From Vulcanimicrobiota bacterium (GTDB taxonomy: Bacteria; Vulcanimicrobiota; Vulcanimicrobiia; Vulcanimicrobiales; Vulcanimicrobiaceae): a DNA stretch of 64,000 nucleotides. The stretch covers positions 117,002 to 181,001 of the forward strand of contig CAVTWP010000009.1 of NCBI GenBank assembly GCA_963738465.1, given 5' to 3'. The notes under the pieces were generated by a model. It saw only the letters and a program-made list of their open reading frames with translations. It was not told the origin of the DNA and did no database searches. The translations under genes and the position numbers were made by a program. Shown piece by piece: positions 1 through 8,710 of this stretch. Within the stretch, counting starts at the first letter, position 1. Each line of letters begins with the position of its first letter.

Positions 1-399
1 GCCGCCGCCGAGATCGGACTCGAGGAAGCCGCCGTGATCGTCAGCGGCGGTCGCGGGCTCGGCAGCGCCGAGCCCTTCGACAGCGTGCTCAAGCCGCTCG
101 CGAAAGCGTTCGGCGGCGCGGTCGGCGCGACGCGGGCCGTCGCCGACGCCGGCTGGGTACCGTACAGCATGCAGATCGGTCAGACCGGCAAGACGGTCTC
201 GCCGCGGCTGTACCTGGCGTTCGGCATCTCGGGCGCGATCCAGCACAAGGTCGGGATGTCGACCGCGGGCACGATCGTGGCGGTCAACACCGACGGCGGC
301 GCGCCGATCGCCGAGTTCGCCGACATGCTGGTGGTTGCCAACGCGATCGACGTCGCCAAGGAGCTCACCAAGCTCGTCGAAGCCAACCGCTCGGCATAA
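1..399 (+). CDS. etfA: Electron transfer flavoprotein alpha subunit (C-terminal part; gene begins upstream of the window)
   Basis: VSGGRG, QIGQTGKTV and GISGAIQH motifs of the ETF-alpha FAD domain. Confidence 0.93.
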   Translation, partial: AAAEIGLEEAAVIVSGGRGLGSAEPFDSVLKPLAKAFGGAVGATRAVADAGWVPYSMQIGQTGKTVSPRLYLAFGISGAIQHKVGMSTAGTIVAVNTDGGAPIAEFADMLVVANAIDVAKELTKLVEANRSA

Positions 400-412
400 G
401 CGGCGCAACGCG

Positions 413-1279
413 ATGAACAGCCGGACCCTCGGCGTCGCCGGGGCGCTGTTCTACATCTTCTTGTGGGCGTCGGCGTTCGTCCCGAGCAAGATCGGCGTGC
501 TCGACTCGTCGCCGCTATGGTTCCTGGTCGTGCGCTTCGCGGTGTCGGGACTGCTCGCGCTCGCCGTCGCGCGCGCCGCGGGCGCGCGGTTTCCGCGCAC
601 GCGCAACGACTTGGTCGCCGCGTTCGTGCTGGGCGTGCTCGGCAATGCGGTCTATCTCGGCTGCACGTACGTCGCGCTGCGCCACCTCGCGTCGGGCGTC
701 GGCGCGATCGTCGCCTCGACCAATCCGCTCACCCTCGCGCTGGTCGCGCCGTGGCTGCTGCGCGAACCGCTGACGCGCAGCAAGATCCTTGGAATGCTGT
801 TGGGGTTCGGGGGCGTCGTCTGGATCATGCTGGTGCGCACCGGCAGCGGCAGCGCGAACCTGTCCGACGTCGCGCTGGCGTTCGGCGGCGTGCTCGGCAG
901 CGTAGCCTCGACGATCGCGTTCAAGCGCTGGTGCGCGAACCTCGACCTGCGCGCGGTCAACGCGCTGCAGCTGTTCGCCGCCGGTCTCGTGCTGCTGCCG
1001 TTGGCGGTCGTGCTCGAGGGCGCGCCGCACGCGCGCTGGTCGTGGGAGCTGATCGCGTCGTTCTGGTACGTCGTGCTGGTGATGTCGCTGGGCGCGTCGC
1101 TGCTCTGGTTCTGGCTGCTCACGCATGGCGAAGCGTCGAGGGTCAGCGCGTACTACTTCCTCACCCCGGTCTTCGGACTGGGCCTCGCCGCATTGCTCCT
1201 CCACGAGCCGGTCGGCATGCGCGACCTCGGCGGCTTGGCGGCGATCTCACTCGGCATCGTCCTCGTCCAGCGAAGCTGA
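413..1279 (+). CDS. EamA/DMT family transporter
   Basis: About 10 hydrophobic segments in two EamA-like halves; ATG at 413. Confidence 0.88.
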   Translation: MNSRTLGVAGALFYIFLWASAFVPSKIGVLDSSPLWFLVVRFAVSGLLALAVARAAGARFPRTRNDLVAAFVLGVLGNAVYLGCTYVALRHLASGVGAIVASTNPLTLALVAPWLLREPLTRSKILGMLLGFGGVVWIMLVRTGSGSANLSDVALAFGGVLGSVASTIAFKRWCANLDLRAVNALQLFAAGLVLLPLAVVLEGAPHARWSWELIASFWYVVLVMSLGASLLWFWLLTHGEASRVSAYYFLTPVFGLGLAALLLHEPVGMRDLGGLAAISLGIVLVQRS

Positions 1280-1289
1280 CCGCCCGAGA

Positions 1290-1316
1290 TTCGCCGCCGC
1301 TTCGGCCGGCGGCGAA
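1290..1316. terminator. Hairpin between convergent genes
   Basis: TTCGCCGCCG-CTTCGGC-CGGCGGCGAA, a perfect 10-bp stem. Confidence 0.6.
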
Positions 1317-1325
1317 CGCGATCCC

Positions 1326-2180
1326 TTAGGCCGTTCGCCGCTCCGCTGCGTCGACGCGCAACCGCCGCATCATCTGCGCCGTCGGGAGCTTGAGATCGCT
1401 CGCCAAACGCAGCGCGGCGAGCAGCTTCACGGTGAGCCAGGTGACGTCGAGCTCGTACCAGCGCAGTCCGTGCCGCACCGAGAACGGAAACGCGTGATGG
1501 TTGTTGTGCCAGCCTTCGCCCCAACCCAGCAGCGCCACCCACCAGCAGTTCGTCGAGCGATCGGTGGTGCGGAACGAGCGGTAGCCGATCGTGTGCGCTG
1601 CGCTGTTCACCAGCCAGGTGAACTGGTAGACGAGCGCGAGCCGCACGAAGATCCCCCATACCACCCACGACCATCCGCCGCCGGCGAACAGCAGCGCGGC
1701 AAGCATGACGGTCAGCCAGACGTGGCGGCGGTCGAGAAACGCGTAGAACCGATCGTCGACGAGGTCGGGTGCATAACGGCGGCGCGCCTCGCCGAAGATG
1801 ACGTTCGGATTCGGCATCACCATCCACATGAAGTGCGACCAATTGAAGCCCTCGTTGGCGTCGTGTGGATCGCCGGGCGCGTCGGAGTGGGCGTGGTGCG
1901 CCCGATGCGTCGCGACCCAGTCGATCGGCGAACCCTGCAGCGCGAGGCAGCCGCAGATCGTCGCCGCGTACTCGAGCGGCTTCCACAGCTTGAGGCTCCG
2001 ATGGGTCAGCGTGCGGTGAAAACCGAGCGCGATGCCGATCCCGCCGGTGAGGTACATCAGCAGCGCCAGCACCACGAGCGCCGACCAGCTGAAGAATCCC
2101 GGCCACAGCGCCGCTAGCGCACCGAGATGGATCGCAACCAGGACGGCCCCGGTCGCCCAGTTGCCCGTTCGTGAACCCAA
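1326..2180 (-). CDS. Delta-9 type membrane fatty acid desaturase
   Basis: His boxes HRTLTH, HRAHH and HNNHH; GEGWHNNHH signature. Confidence 0.92.
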   Translation of the reverse strand: MGSRTGNWATGAVLVAIHLGALAALWPGFFSWSALVVLALLMYLTGGIGIALGFHRTLTHRSLKLWKPLEYAATICGCLALQGSPIDWVATHRAHHAHSDAPGDPHDANEGFNWSHFMWMVMPNPNVIFGEARRRYAPDLVDDRFYAFLDRRHVWLTVMLAALLFAGGGWSWVVWGIFVRLALVYQFTWLVNSAAHTIGYRSFRTTDRSTNCWWVALLGWGEGWHNNHHAFPFSVRHGLRWYELDVTWLTVKLLAALRLASDLKLPTAQMMRRLRVDAAERRTA

Positions 2181-2210
2181 TTCAACCTCGCTTGACGGTT
2201 TGGTGTTCGC

Positions 2211-2939
2211 TCACTCGGCGTCCAGCTCGACGTCGTCGTCGCGCAAGGACCAGTCGAAAGCGTCTCTGCTGGCCTCGTAGCATTCGCACGCCGCAAGGCG
2301 CAGCATGGCTTCGTCGCGCACCGTGACGTTGCCGCGGCGGTACGAGATTGCGCCGCTCTGCTGCAGTGATGCGGCCGCAATCGACACGCCGGCGCGGCGC
2401 ACGCCCAGCATGATCGAAAGGAGGTCGTGGGTGAGCGGAAACTCGTTTCGCCCCACGCGGTCGCGCGTCATGAGAATCCAACGCGCGCAGCGCTCGATCA
2501 GTGCGTGCCGGAGGTTGCACGCGGTGAGGACCTCGGAGCTGAACAGCCGCGCGCTGACGTTCCGCCGGACGGTGCGGGCGAACGGCGCGCTCGACCGAAG
2601 CTCCTCGCGGAACGTCGCCAGCGGCATGCGCACGATGCGCCCCGGAACCTGGCAGTACGAGGTCCGGCGCGTCGTATCGACGTCGAGCGCCGCGTCGGCA
2701 TCGAGAAACCCCTCGCAGCCGATGGTCCCCACTTCGCAGACGTCGCCGTTGACGAAGATCGCTACGACGGAGAGGACGGCGTCGATGGGAAAGTCGACAT
2801 GACGGTAGAGTTCGCCGCGTTCTTGCGAGGGATCGTCCCGTTGCATGGTGAGAATGTTGAGCCCCGCATACATGCGCTCGCGATCTCGATCGGACCGCGC
2901 GTCCAGCAGGCGGTTCCCGCAGAGATGCGTCGCAAGCAT
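2211..2939 (-). CDS. Crp/Fnr family transcriptional regulator
   Basis: EVGTIGCEG cNMP-like domain; C-terminal HTH LTHDLLSIMLGVRRAGVS; ACECY tail. Confidence 0.88.
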   Translation of the reverse strand: MLATHLCGNRLLDARSDRDRERMYAGLNILTMQRDDPSQERGELYRHVDFPIDAVLSVVAIFVNGDVCEVGTIGCEGFLDADAALDVDTTRRTSYCQVPGRIVRMPLATFREELRSSAPFARTVRRNVSARLFSSEVLTACNLRHALIERCARWILMTRDRVGRNEFPLTHDLLSIMLGVRRAGVSIAAASLQQSGAISYRRGNVTVRDEAMLRLAACECYEASRDAFDWSLRDDDVELDAE

Positions 2940-3059
2940 GCGACAGGCCTTTCAGCGCCGGAGAACTCCGGCCGCGTACGCCAGCGTACCAAGAAAAGCT
3001 CGGGCGTGGCCACCGAAGGACGTAAAGAAGGTCGCGACACGGGGCACTGGGGCTCGATC

Positions 3060-3087
3060 TTGACATACCCGATATATCGCGTAGTGT
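3060..3087 (+). promoter_or_regulatory. Sigma70-type promoter of the MFS gene with a palindromic operator in the spacer
   Basis: TTGACA (3060-3065), 16 bp, TAGTGT (3082-3087); palindrome CGATATATCG at 3070-3079. Confidence 0.6.
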
Positions 3088-3143
3088 CGGCATAAGGCTC
3101 GTTTGGGCCGGGGCAGGATTCCCGCCGTCGCGCGTCCCGGATA

Positions 3144-4676
3144 GTGAGCGGAATGGTTGCCGCGGCACCGCGCGCTGGCCCCGCGACGACGGCCGGCGGA
3201 CGCAAAGAGTACCTAATCGCGCTCACGGTCATGCTCGGGATGATCATGGCGATCATCGACGCCACGATCGTCAACGTCGCGCTCGACAACATCGCCGGGA
3301 ATCTCGGCGCGTCGCTCGACGACATCGCGTGGGTGGCGACGGGTTACCTCCTGGCCAGCATCATCACGATGCCGCTCAACGGCTGGCTCACCGCCTATTT
3401 CGGGCGCAAGAAGTACTACGCGTGGTGCATCGCGATCTTCACCGTCGCCTCGGTGCTGTGCGGCACGGCGACCAATGTCTGGCAGCTCGTCTTCTACCGC
3501 GTGCTCCAAGGGTTCGGCGGCGGCGCGCTCCAGCCCACCGCGCAGGCGATCCTGTTCGAAACGTTTCCGCCCAGCCGCCGCGGTGCGGCGATGGCGTTCT
3601 TCGGGATCGGCGTGATGGCCGGCCCTGCGTTCGGCCCGATCATCGGCGGCTACATCGTCGACAACGCGACCTGGCCGCTGATCTTCTTCATCAACCTGCC
3701 GATCGGGATCGTCGCGTTCCTGATGACGCTCGCCAACGTCCCCGACGCGCACCATCTCGAAAAGCCGAAGACCGGGCTGGACATCTTCGGACTTGGCCTG
3801 TTGACTGTCGGGCTGGGAGCGCTGCAATACGTTCTCGAGCGCGGGCAGCACGACGACTGGTGGTCGTCGGATCTGATCGTGGGGCTGACCGCGGTCGCTG
3901 CGATCACGCTGCCGTGGTTCCTGGTGCGCATGCTGCGCGCGCGCTATCCGCTCGTCGATCTGCGCGCATTTCGCTTTCGCAGCTTCACCGTCGGTAACGT
4001 GCTGCTGTGCGTCGTCGGCTTCGGGCTGTTCGGCACGAGCCTGATCATGCCGCTGTTCTTCCAGACGATCATGGGGATGACGGCCTACGGCACCGGGCTC
4101 GCGCTGCTGCCCGGCGCGATCTCGACCGCCGTCGCGATGCCGATCGTTCCGCGCCTGATGCGGATCGTCGACACGCGCTGGCTGCTCACCGCCGGCGCAC
4201 TGCTGTTCGCCTGGTCGTGCTGGGCGCTGGGCGGGCTCAACGACGTGGCCGGCTACTGGGACGTGTTCTGGCCGCGGCTCGTACAAGGGGCCGGGCTCGG
4301 CCTGCTGTTCGTCCCGCTGACGACCGTCATGCTGGCCGAGGTTCCGCGCAACGAGCTCGCCAGCGCGACCGGCGTCTCGATGCTGGTCCGTCAACTCGGC
4401 GGCAGCCTCGGCATCGCGATCCTGACGACGCTGCTCGCGCGCGAAACGGCGGTCGCGTGGTCGGCGCTGGCCGGCGGCGTGCAGCACTCCTACGGTCAAT
4501 CCGTCGGTACGCTCATGGGTCTGGTCGCGCGGAACTCGAGCGTGATCGCGTACGACTACCTCTTCCGCATCTCGGCGTTCGTCTTCATCGCGAGCGTCCC
4601 GCTGATGTGGATGCTCAAGCGCTACGACGCGCGCGCCGGCACGACGGGCTCAGCGCCGGCCGCCCCGGCCGACTGA
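3144..4676 (+). CDS. DHA2 (EmrB/QacA) MFS efflux permease
   Basis: IDATIVNVAL, WVATGY and GPAFGPIIGG motifs; about 14 TM segments. Confidence 0.93.
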   Translation: MSGMVAAAPRAGPATTAGGRKEYLIALTVMLGMIMAIIDATIVNVALDNIAGNLGASLDDIAWVATGYLLASIITMPLNGWLTAYFGRKKYYAWCIAIFTVASVLCGTATNVWQLVFYRVLQGFGGGALQPTAQAILFETFPPSRRGAAMAFFGIGVMAGPAFGPIIGGYIVDNATWPLIFFINLPIGIVAFLMTLANVPDAHHLEKPKTGLDIFGLGLLTVGLGALQYVLERGQHDDWWSSDLIVGLTAVAAITLPWFLVRMLRARYPLVDLRAFRFRSFTVGNVLLCVVGFGLFGTSLIMPLFFQTIMGMTAYGTGLALLPGAISTAVAMPIVPRLMRIVDTRWLLTAGALLFAWSCWALGGLNDVAGYWDVFWPRLVQGAGLGLLFVPLTTVMLAEVPRNELASATGVSMLVRQLGGSLGIAILTTLLARETAVAWSALAGGVQHSYGQSVGTLMGLVARNSSVIAYDYLFRISAFVFIASVPLMWMLKRYDARAGTTGSAPAAPAD

Positions 4677-4695
4677 CCTCGCTCGACCGGGCGCT

Positions 4696-5247
4696 TTAAT
4701 ACCCAGGGCGCGCGCGGTAGAGCACGTGACGCCGAAGTGCATGATCGTCCGGGAGCCGCGGATGGTCGAAATCGTCGCTTGGATCGTGCATCATCCCGAG
4801 TCGCTCCATGACGCGCTTCGAGCGCAGGTTGGTCGTTGCGGTCATGGCGACGACCTCGGGCGCGCCGAGCGCATCGAAGGCGAACCTCAATGCGGCCCGA
4901 GCTCCCTCCGTCGCATACCCGCGGCCCCAATGGTCGTGGGACAACCGCCAGCCGACTTCCATCGCGGGCGTGAAAGGTGCCTCGAACGGCACCATCTGCA
5001 GGCAGATGACGCCGGCGAAGGAAGCGCCGCCTTTGATTTCCATCACCCACCAACCGAAGCCGTCACGTTCCAGCAGCTCGCGCATCCGCGCCGCCATCGC
5101 TTCCGATTCGGTCGCCGCGTACGTCGACGGGAAGAACTCCATGACGCGCGGATCGGCCGACATGACCACCCAAGGCGAAACGTCATCGTCGCGCCACTGC
5201 CGCAGACGGACCCTCTCGGATTCGATGACCGGTGTCGTCACGGTCAC
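4696..5247 (-). CDS. GNAT N-acetyltransferase, RimJ/RimL type
   Basis: EVGWRL, HWGRGYATEGA and NLRSKRVMERLGM motifs. Confidence 0.9.
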   Translation of the reverse strand: MTVTTPVIESERVRLRQWRDDDVSPWVVMSADPRVMEFFPSTYAATESEAMAARMRELLERDGFGWWVMEIKGGASFAGVICLQMVPFEAPFTPAMEVGWRLSHDHWGRGYATEGARAALRFAFDALGAPEVVAMTATTNLRSKRVMERLGMMHDPSDDFDHPRLPDDHALRRHVLYRARPGY

Positions 5248-5729
5248 TCCTCGGCGTCAAAATAGTCGACCGGAGTTACCCGGAACAATTCGCGCCGACC
5301 GTGATCGTCGAAAACGCCCACCTTGTCCGAATCGGGATAGCGGCACACGTCGAGCGGCGGGTTGTCCGCGACGAGGATGTACGTCAACTCGCTTTCTCCG
5401 TCGTTGACGATCTGATGTGCGTCGCCGGGCGGGTGCATGATGACGTCGCCCGGCCCGACGCGATGGGACGTGCCGCTCGAGCGAACAATGCCGCTGCCGG
5501 TGAGAACGTAGAACAACTCCCACTGTGACGCGTGATCGTGATACGGACACAGAGTCTGACCCGGTTCGAGCTGCTCGATGGAGAAATCGAATGGGTGACC
5601 GCCATTGAACTGGTTCCGATTCTTCGCGGCCCCGAGCGCAAGGGAAATCTCTTTAAACTTTCCGCGAAACTTACCAGCGGGCGAGACGTATTCGTCCCAA
5701 GGGAGCTCGTTGGCGTTTACCTTTCGCAT
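5244..5729 (-). CDS. Cupin domain protein
   Basis: PYHDH..E and HQIVN metal motif; YPDSDK tail. Confidence 0.85.
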   Translation of the reverse strand: MRKVNANELPWDEYVSPAGKFRGKFKEISLALGAAKNRNQFNGGHPFDFSIEQLEPGQTLCPYHDHASQWELFYVLTGSGIVRSSGTSHRVGPGDVIMHPPGDAHQIVNDGESELTYILVADNPPLDVCRYPDSDKVGVFDDHGRRELFRVTPVDYFDAEE

Positions 5730-5966
5730 GCTTTACCGAGTGTTCTGGCTCGAAACTCGATTGGCCCGTCGCCCAGGAGCGCGCGGATCCGGGCCGGCAC
5801 GGCGCCGGCCGAGCTGTTCACGCGCAGTGGCCCGCGAACTTTCGATCGACCCGATCCGTGCCGGCAACATTCTCGGTGAGCGTTCTCGACAACGGCAAAA
5901 AGCAACATCCCAACAACTTGGACGCCGTTGGGCGATCTGTCGTATCGTCGGGATGTCGTGCCACGT

Positions 5967-6323
5967 TGGTGGAGCTGCCGGGGAGCCGCCCCCCGGGTCC
6001 GAAAAGCCGGACCGCCGCTTTCTCCAGGCTCAGCACCGATTTTGTCTTAGACGCTAACGCTTCTCGGTACAGGAATCAGTCGCGCCGCAGTTCCGGTTGA
6101 GTTTTGGATGCCTCTCGGAACGGTCTCCGCATCCTAGCCGAACTTGTTGACCGCCTGGAGGACGGCTTCGGCAACCTCCTCCGGACGGTGACTGCTAACT
6201 TAAGTTAGGCAGCCAGAGCGTATTCGTTGTTCGCGTGTAAACGCTTGTGATCGTTTTAGGAGGGCTCACAACTCCGCCTGCTTACGTCGGCCACGGATCT
6301 CTCCGTCGAGACTACTCAGCCCC
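5967..6323 (-). ncRNA. ssrA: tmRNA, one-piece; tag peptide (A)ANNEYALAA encoded at 6234-6205
   Basis: 5' GGGGCUG pairs with 3' CAGCUCC-ACCA including G3:U70; 357 nt; tag ends YALAA-stop. Confidence 0.96.
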
Positions 6324-6351
6324 TCGAGCGAGTCCGGTTGGACCAGCATGG

Positions 6352-6360
6352 AGTATAACA
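6352..6360 (-). promoter_or_regulatory. Extended -10 promoter element of ssrA
   Basis: TGTTATACT on the minus strand about 30 nt upstream of the mature 5' end. Confidence 0.6.
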
Positions 6361-6390
6361 CGCCCCCGAAGAGGCAGGTTCCGGGCCGGG

Positions 6391-7452
6391 CTAGCGAGCG
6401 GCGGCCGGGGCCGCGGCGGCCTCGGCGACCGATCCGAAGCCGTCGCCGCGCAGGCGTTGCGCGAGCTCGCGTTTGATCGACGTCACCAGCGCCGTTCCAT
6501 CGTAGATCAGCGCTGTGTACAGCTGGACGGCGCTCGCGCCGGCGCGTACTTTGACGTAGGCCTCGGCGCCGCTCGCGATCCCGCCGATGCCGATCAGCGT
6601 GACCTGTCCGCCGGTGAGCTCGCGCACGCGCGCCAGCATCGCCGTCGACGCGACGAACAGCGGCCGGCCCGACAGGCCGCCGGCCTCGCGCGCCGCCCAA
6701 CCGTGCAGCGTCGACGGCCGCTCGCGCGTGGTGTTCGCGACCGCGATACCGTCGATGCGCGCGGCGACGAGCGTCGCGACGAGCCCGTCGACCAGCGCGT
6801 CGTCGACGTCGGGCGACAGTTTCGCGACCAGCGCGGGGCGCTTCGCCGGCCAGTCGATCGCGGCCAGTCGCGCTAGGAGCTCGGCCAGCCGGGCGGGATC
6901 GAGGAACACCTGACCGTTGGCGGTGTTCGGGCAGGAGATGTCGAGCGTCAAATAGTCCGCATACGGGGCGAATCGCCGCGCGAGCTCGACGAAGTCGTCG
7001 GCCGGATCGGCGCTGTCGGCGTTCGAGGCGAGGTTGATCCCGAAGCCGATCTTGGGATGTCCGGTGCGCCGCAGTCGCCGCTCGACCGCGTCGGCACCCT
7101 CGTTGGGAAACCCGAGCCGGTTGATCACGGCGCCGTCCTCGGACAACCGGAACACTCGCGGTCGCGGGTTGCCGCGCTGCGCACGCGGCGTCACGCCGCC
7201 GATCTCGACGAACCCGAAACCGTGCGCCGCCATACGGTCGTACACGCGCGCGTTCTTGTCGAAGCCGGCGGCGAGCCCGACCGGGTTGGTCAGCGCGCGC
7301 CCGAACAGCGTCGTCGCCAGCACCGGATCGTCGCCGGCGGGCTGGCCGGGGACGAAGCCGGATTCGAGCGCGCACAGGGTGAGCTCGTGCGCGTCCTCCG
7401 GATCGAGTGCGTGCAGGAACGGTTTGGCGAGCAGAAACGGGTCGAACAGCAA
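6391..7452 (-). CDS. pyrD: Dihydroorotate dehydrogenase (quinone), class 2
   Basis: NPVGLAAGFDKN, INRLGFPN, ISCPNT and GGLSG motifs; start is TTG 7452 or CTG 7461. Confidence 0.95.
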   Translation of the reverse strand: MLFDPFLLAKPFLHALDPEDAHELTLCALESGFVPGQPAGDDPVLATTLFGRALTNPVGLAAGFDKNARVYDRMAAHGFGFVEIGGVTPRAQRGNPRPRVFRLSEDGAVINRLGFPNEGADAVERRLRRTGHPKIGFGINLASNADSADPADDFVELARRFAPYADYLTLDISCPNTANGQVFLDPARLAELLARLAAIDWPAKRPALVAKLSPDVDDALVDGLVATLVAARIDGIAVANTTRERPSTLHGWAAREAGGLSGRPLFVASTAMLARVRELTGGQVTLIGIGGIASGAEAYVKVRAGASAVQLYTALIYDGTALVTSIKRELAQRLRGDGFGSVAEAAAAPAAAR

Positions 7453-7457
7453 CGCTG

Positions 7458-7817
7458 TCAGCGGCGCCGCGGCTCGTCCGCGCCGCGAGTGAGCAGCGAC
7501 AGCACCCAGGAGACGATCGCCATCACGATCGCGCCCCAGAACGCCGGCCAGAAGCCGTCGACGTACAGGCCGACGTGCAGCGCGGCGACCAGCCAGAACA
7601 GCAAGCCGTTGATCACGAACGTGAAGAGTCCGAGCGTGATGATCTCGACCGGGAGGCTGATGATGATCAGGATCGGTCGCAAGATCGCGTTCACGATCCC
7701 CAAGATCAACGCCGCGATGAGCGCGCCGACGATCCCGGAGACATGAACGCCCGGAACGACATACGCCACCGCGATCAGCGCGATCGCGTTCACGATGAGC
7801 CGAAGCAAGAAACCCAT
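7458..7817 (-). CDS. YvlD/DUF360 four-TM membrane protein (often labelled phage holin family)
   Basis: NAILRPIL...LP..IITLGLF...IN signature. Confidence 0.88.
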   Translation of the reverse strand: MGFLLRLIVNAIALIAVAYVVPGVHVSGIVGALIAALILGIVNAILRPILIIISLPVEIITLGLFTFVINGLLFWLVAALHVGLYVDGFWPAFWGAIVMAIVSWVLSLLTRGADEPRRR

Positions 7818-7842
7818 GTCGCCCCGTTCGCCGCAAGCCACA

Positions 7843-7873
7843 GGGCCGCCCCGCTCGGCGAGCGGGACGGCCC
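7843..7873 (-). terminator. Probable intrinsic terminator after the paralog pair
   Basis: 14-bp GC stem GGGCCGTCCCGCTC-GCC-GAGCGGGGCGGCCC on the minus strand. Confidence 0.6.
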
Positions 7874-7910
7874 CGGGGGAGCCACCGGCGGTCAGCGACC
7901 GCGGCCGTGC

Positions 7911-8687
7911 TCAGTGCGGGTGCTGGGTCTTGTCGTCGGGATGGTGCGGCTGAACGTTCCGCTGCACGGGGCGCTGCTGCACCTGGCGCTGCTGCACCTG
8001 GCGCTGCTGCTGGTACTGCACCGGGTGCTGCTGCTGGTACTGCACCGGGTGCTGCTGCTGGTACTGCACCTGGCGCTGCTGGTAGAGCGGCTGGCGCGGC
8101 ACCGAGTGGTCCGGGTAGTAGCCGCCGTTACGGGCCGGCGCGACGTAGTTGTGTCCTTGGTAGATTCCGCCGTGCACGTTGTTGATGCGGATCGAGGTGT
8201 TGTAGACGCGCACGCCGCCGACATAATGGTAGGGGCCGCCGAAGTACGAGCCGTGCCACCAGCCGACGTTCCCGAAGAAGAACGTCAGGCCGATCGTCGG
8301 ACCCCAGTAGTTCCAGGGGTGGCCGCCGTACCACGGCACGCCGCCGTAGTACGTGTACGGCGTGTCGATCTCGTTGGCGGCGAGGTACGGACCGGAATTG
8401 AAGCCGAGGATGCTCACGACCATGCCGGGTTGCAGCGTGATGCCGGTCGGGTTGATGATCGTTCCTTGATGGAGCTGGACGTTGTCGACGTACCCCTGCT
8501 CGTCCCGGACTTGCAGATTGTACTCCCCGTCGAAGCTGACGATCCGGCCGTGGACGTTCTCCTCGCCGCTGGCGTACGACGGTTGACCATCAGCGTACGA
8601 AGGCGCTTGGGCCTGGGCCGTGATGGGCACCGCGAAGGTCAGGACCACCGCGGCGGCCAGAAGCTGTTTGAGCATTGCCTTGAGCAT
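7911..8687 (-). CDS. Secreted hypothetical protein (small beta domain, G/Y/W-rich segment, Gln-rich tail); paralog A
   Basis: Signal peptide ending AQA; core nearly identical to 8711-9373. Confidence 0.8.
   Translation of the reverse strand: MLKAMLKQLLAAAVVLTFAVPITAQAQAPSYADGQPSYASGEENVHGRIVSFDGEYNLQVRDEQGYVDNVQLHQGTIINPTGITLQPGMVVSILGFNSGPYLAANEIDTPYTYYGGVPWYGGHPWNYWGPTIGLTFFFGNVGWWHGSYFGGPYHYVGGVRVYNTSIRINNVHGGIYQGHNYVAPARNGGYYPDHSVPRQPLYQQRQVQYQQQHPVQYQQQHPVQYQQQRQVQQRQVQQRPVQRNVQPHHPDDKTQHPH
7973..8082 (-). repeat. Coding tandem repeats of 15-nt and 24-nt units
   Basis: gctgctgcacctggc x2, then gctgctgctggtactgcaccgggt x2 plus a partial copy; encode QQRQV and QQQHPVQY. Confidence 0.9.
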
Positions 8688-8710
8688 AATATACCCTCGC
8701 TCGGATGTGC

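Noticed and set aside
4696-5966. Possible island integrated at the tmRNA 3' end
   Set aside because: The DNA looks slightly less GC-rich, but I found no integrase and no duplicated ssrA 3' end
7458-7817. Phage holin suggesting a prophage
   Set aside because: YvlD/DUF360 is a common chromosomal membrane protein, and no phage genes are nearby
7973-8082. Short direct repeats resembling a CRISPR array
   Set aside because: No unique spacers, unit lengths are multiples of 3 within a CDS, and there are no cas genes
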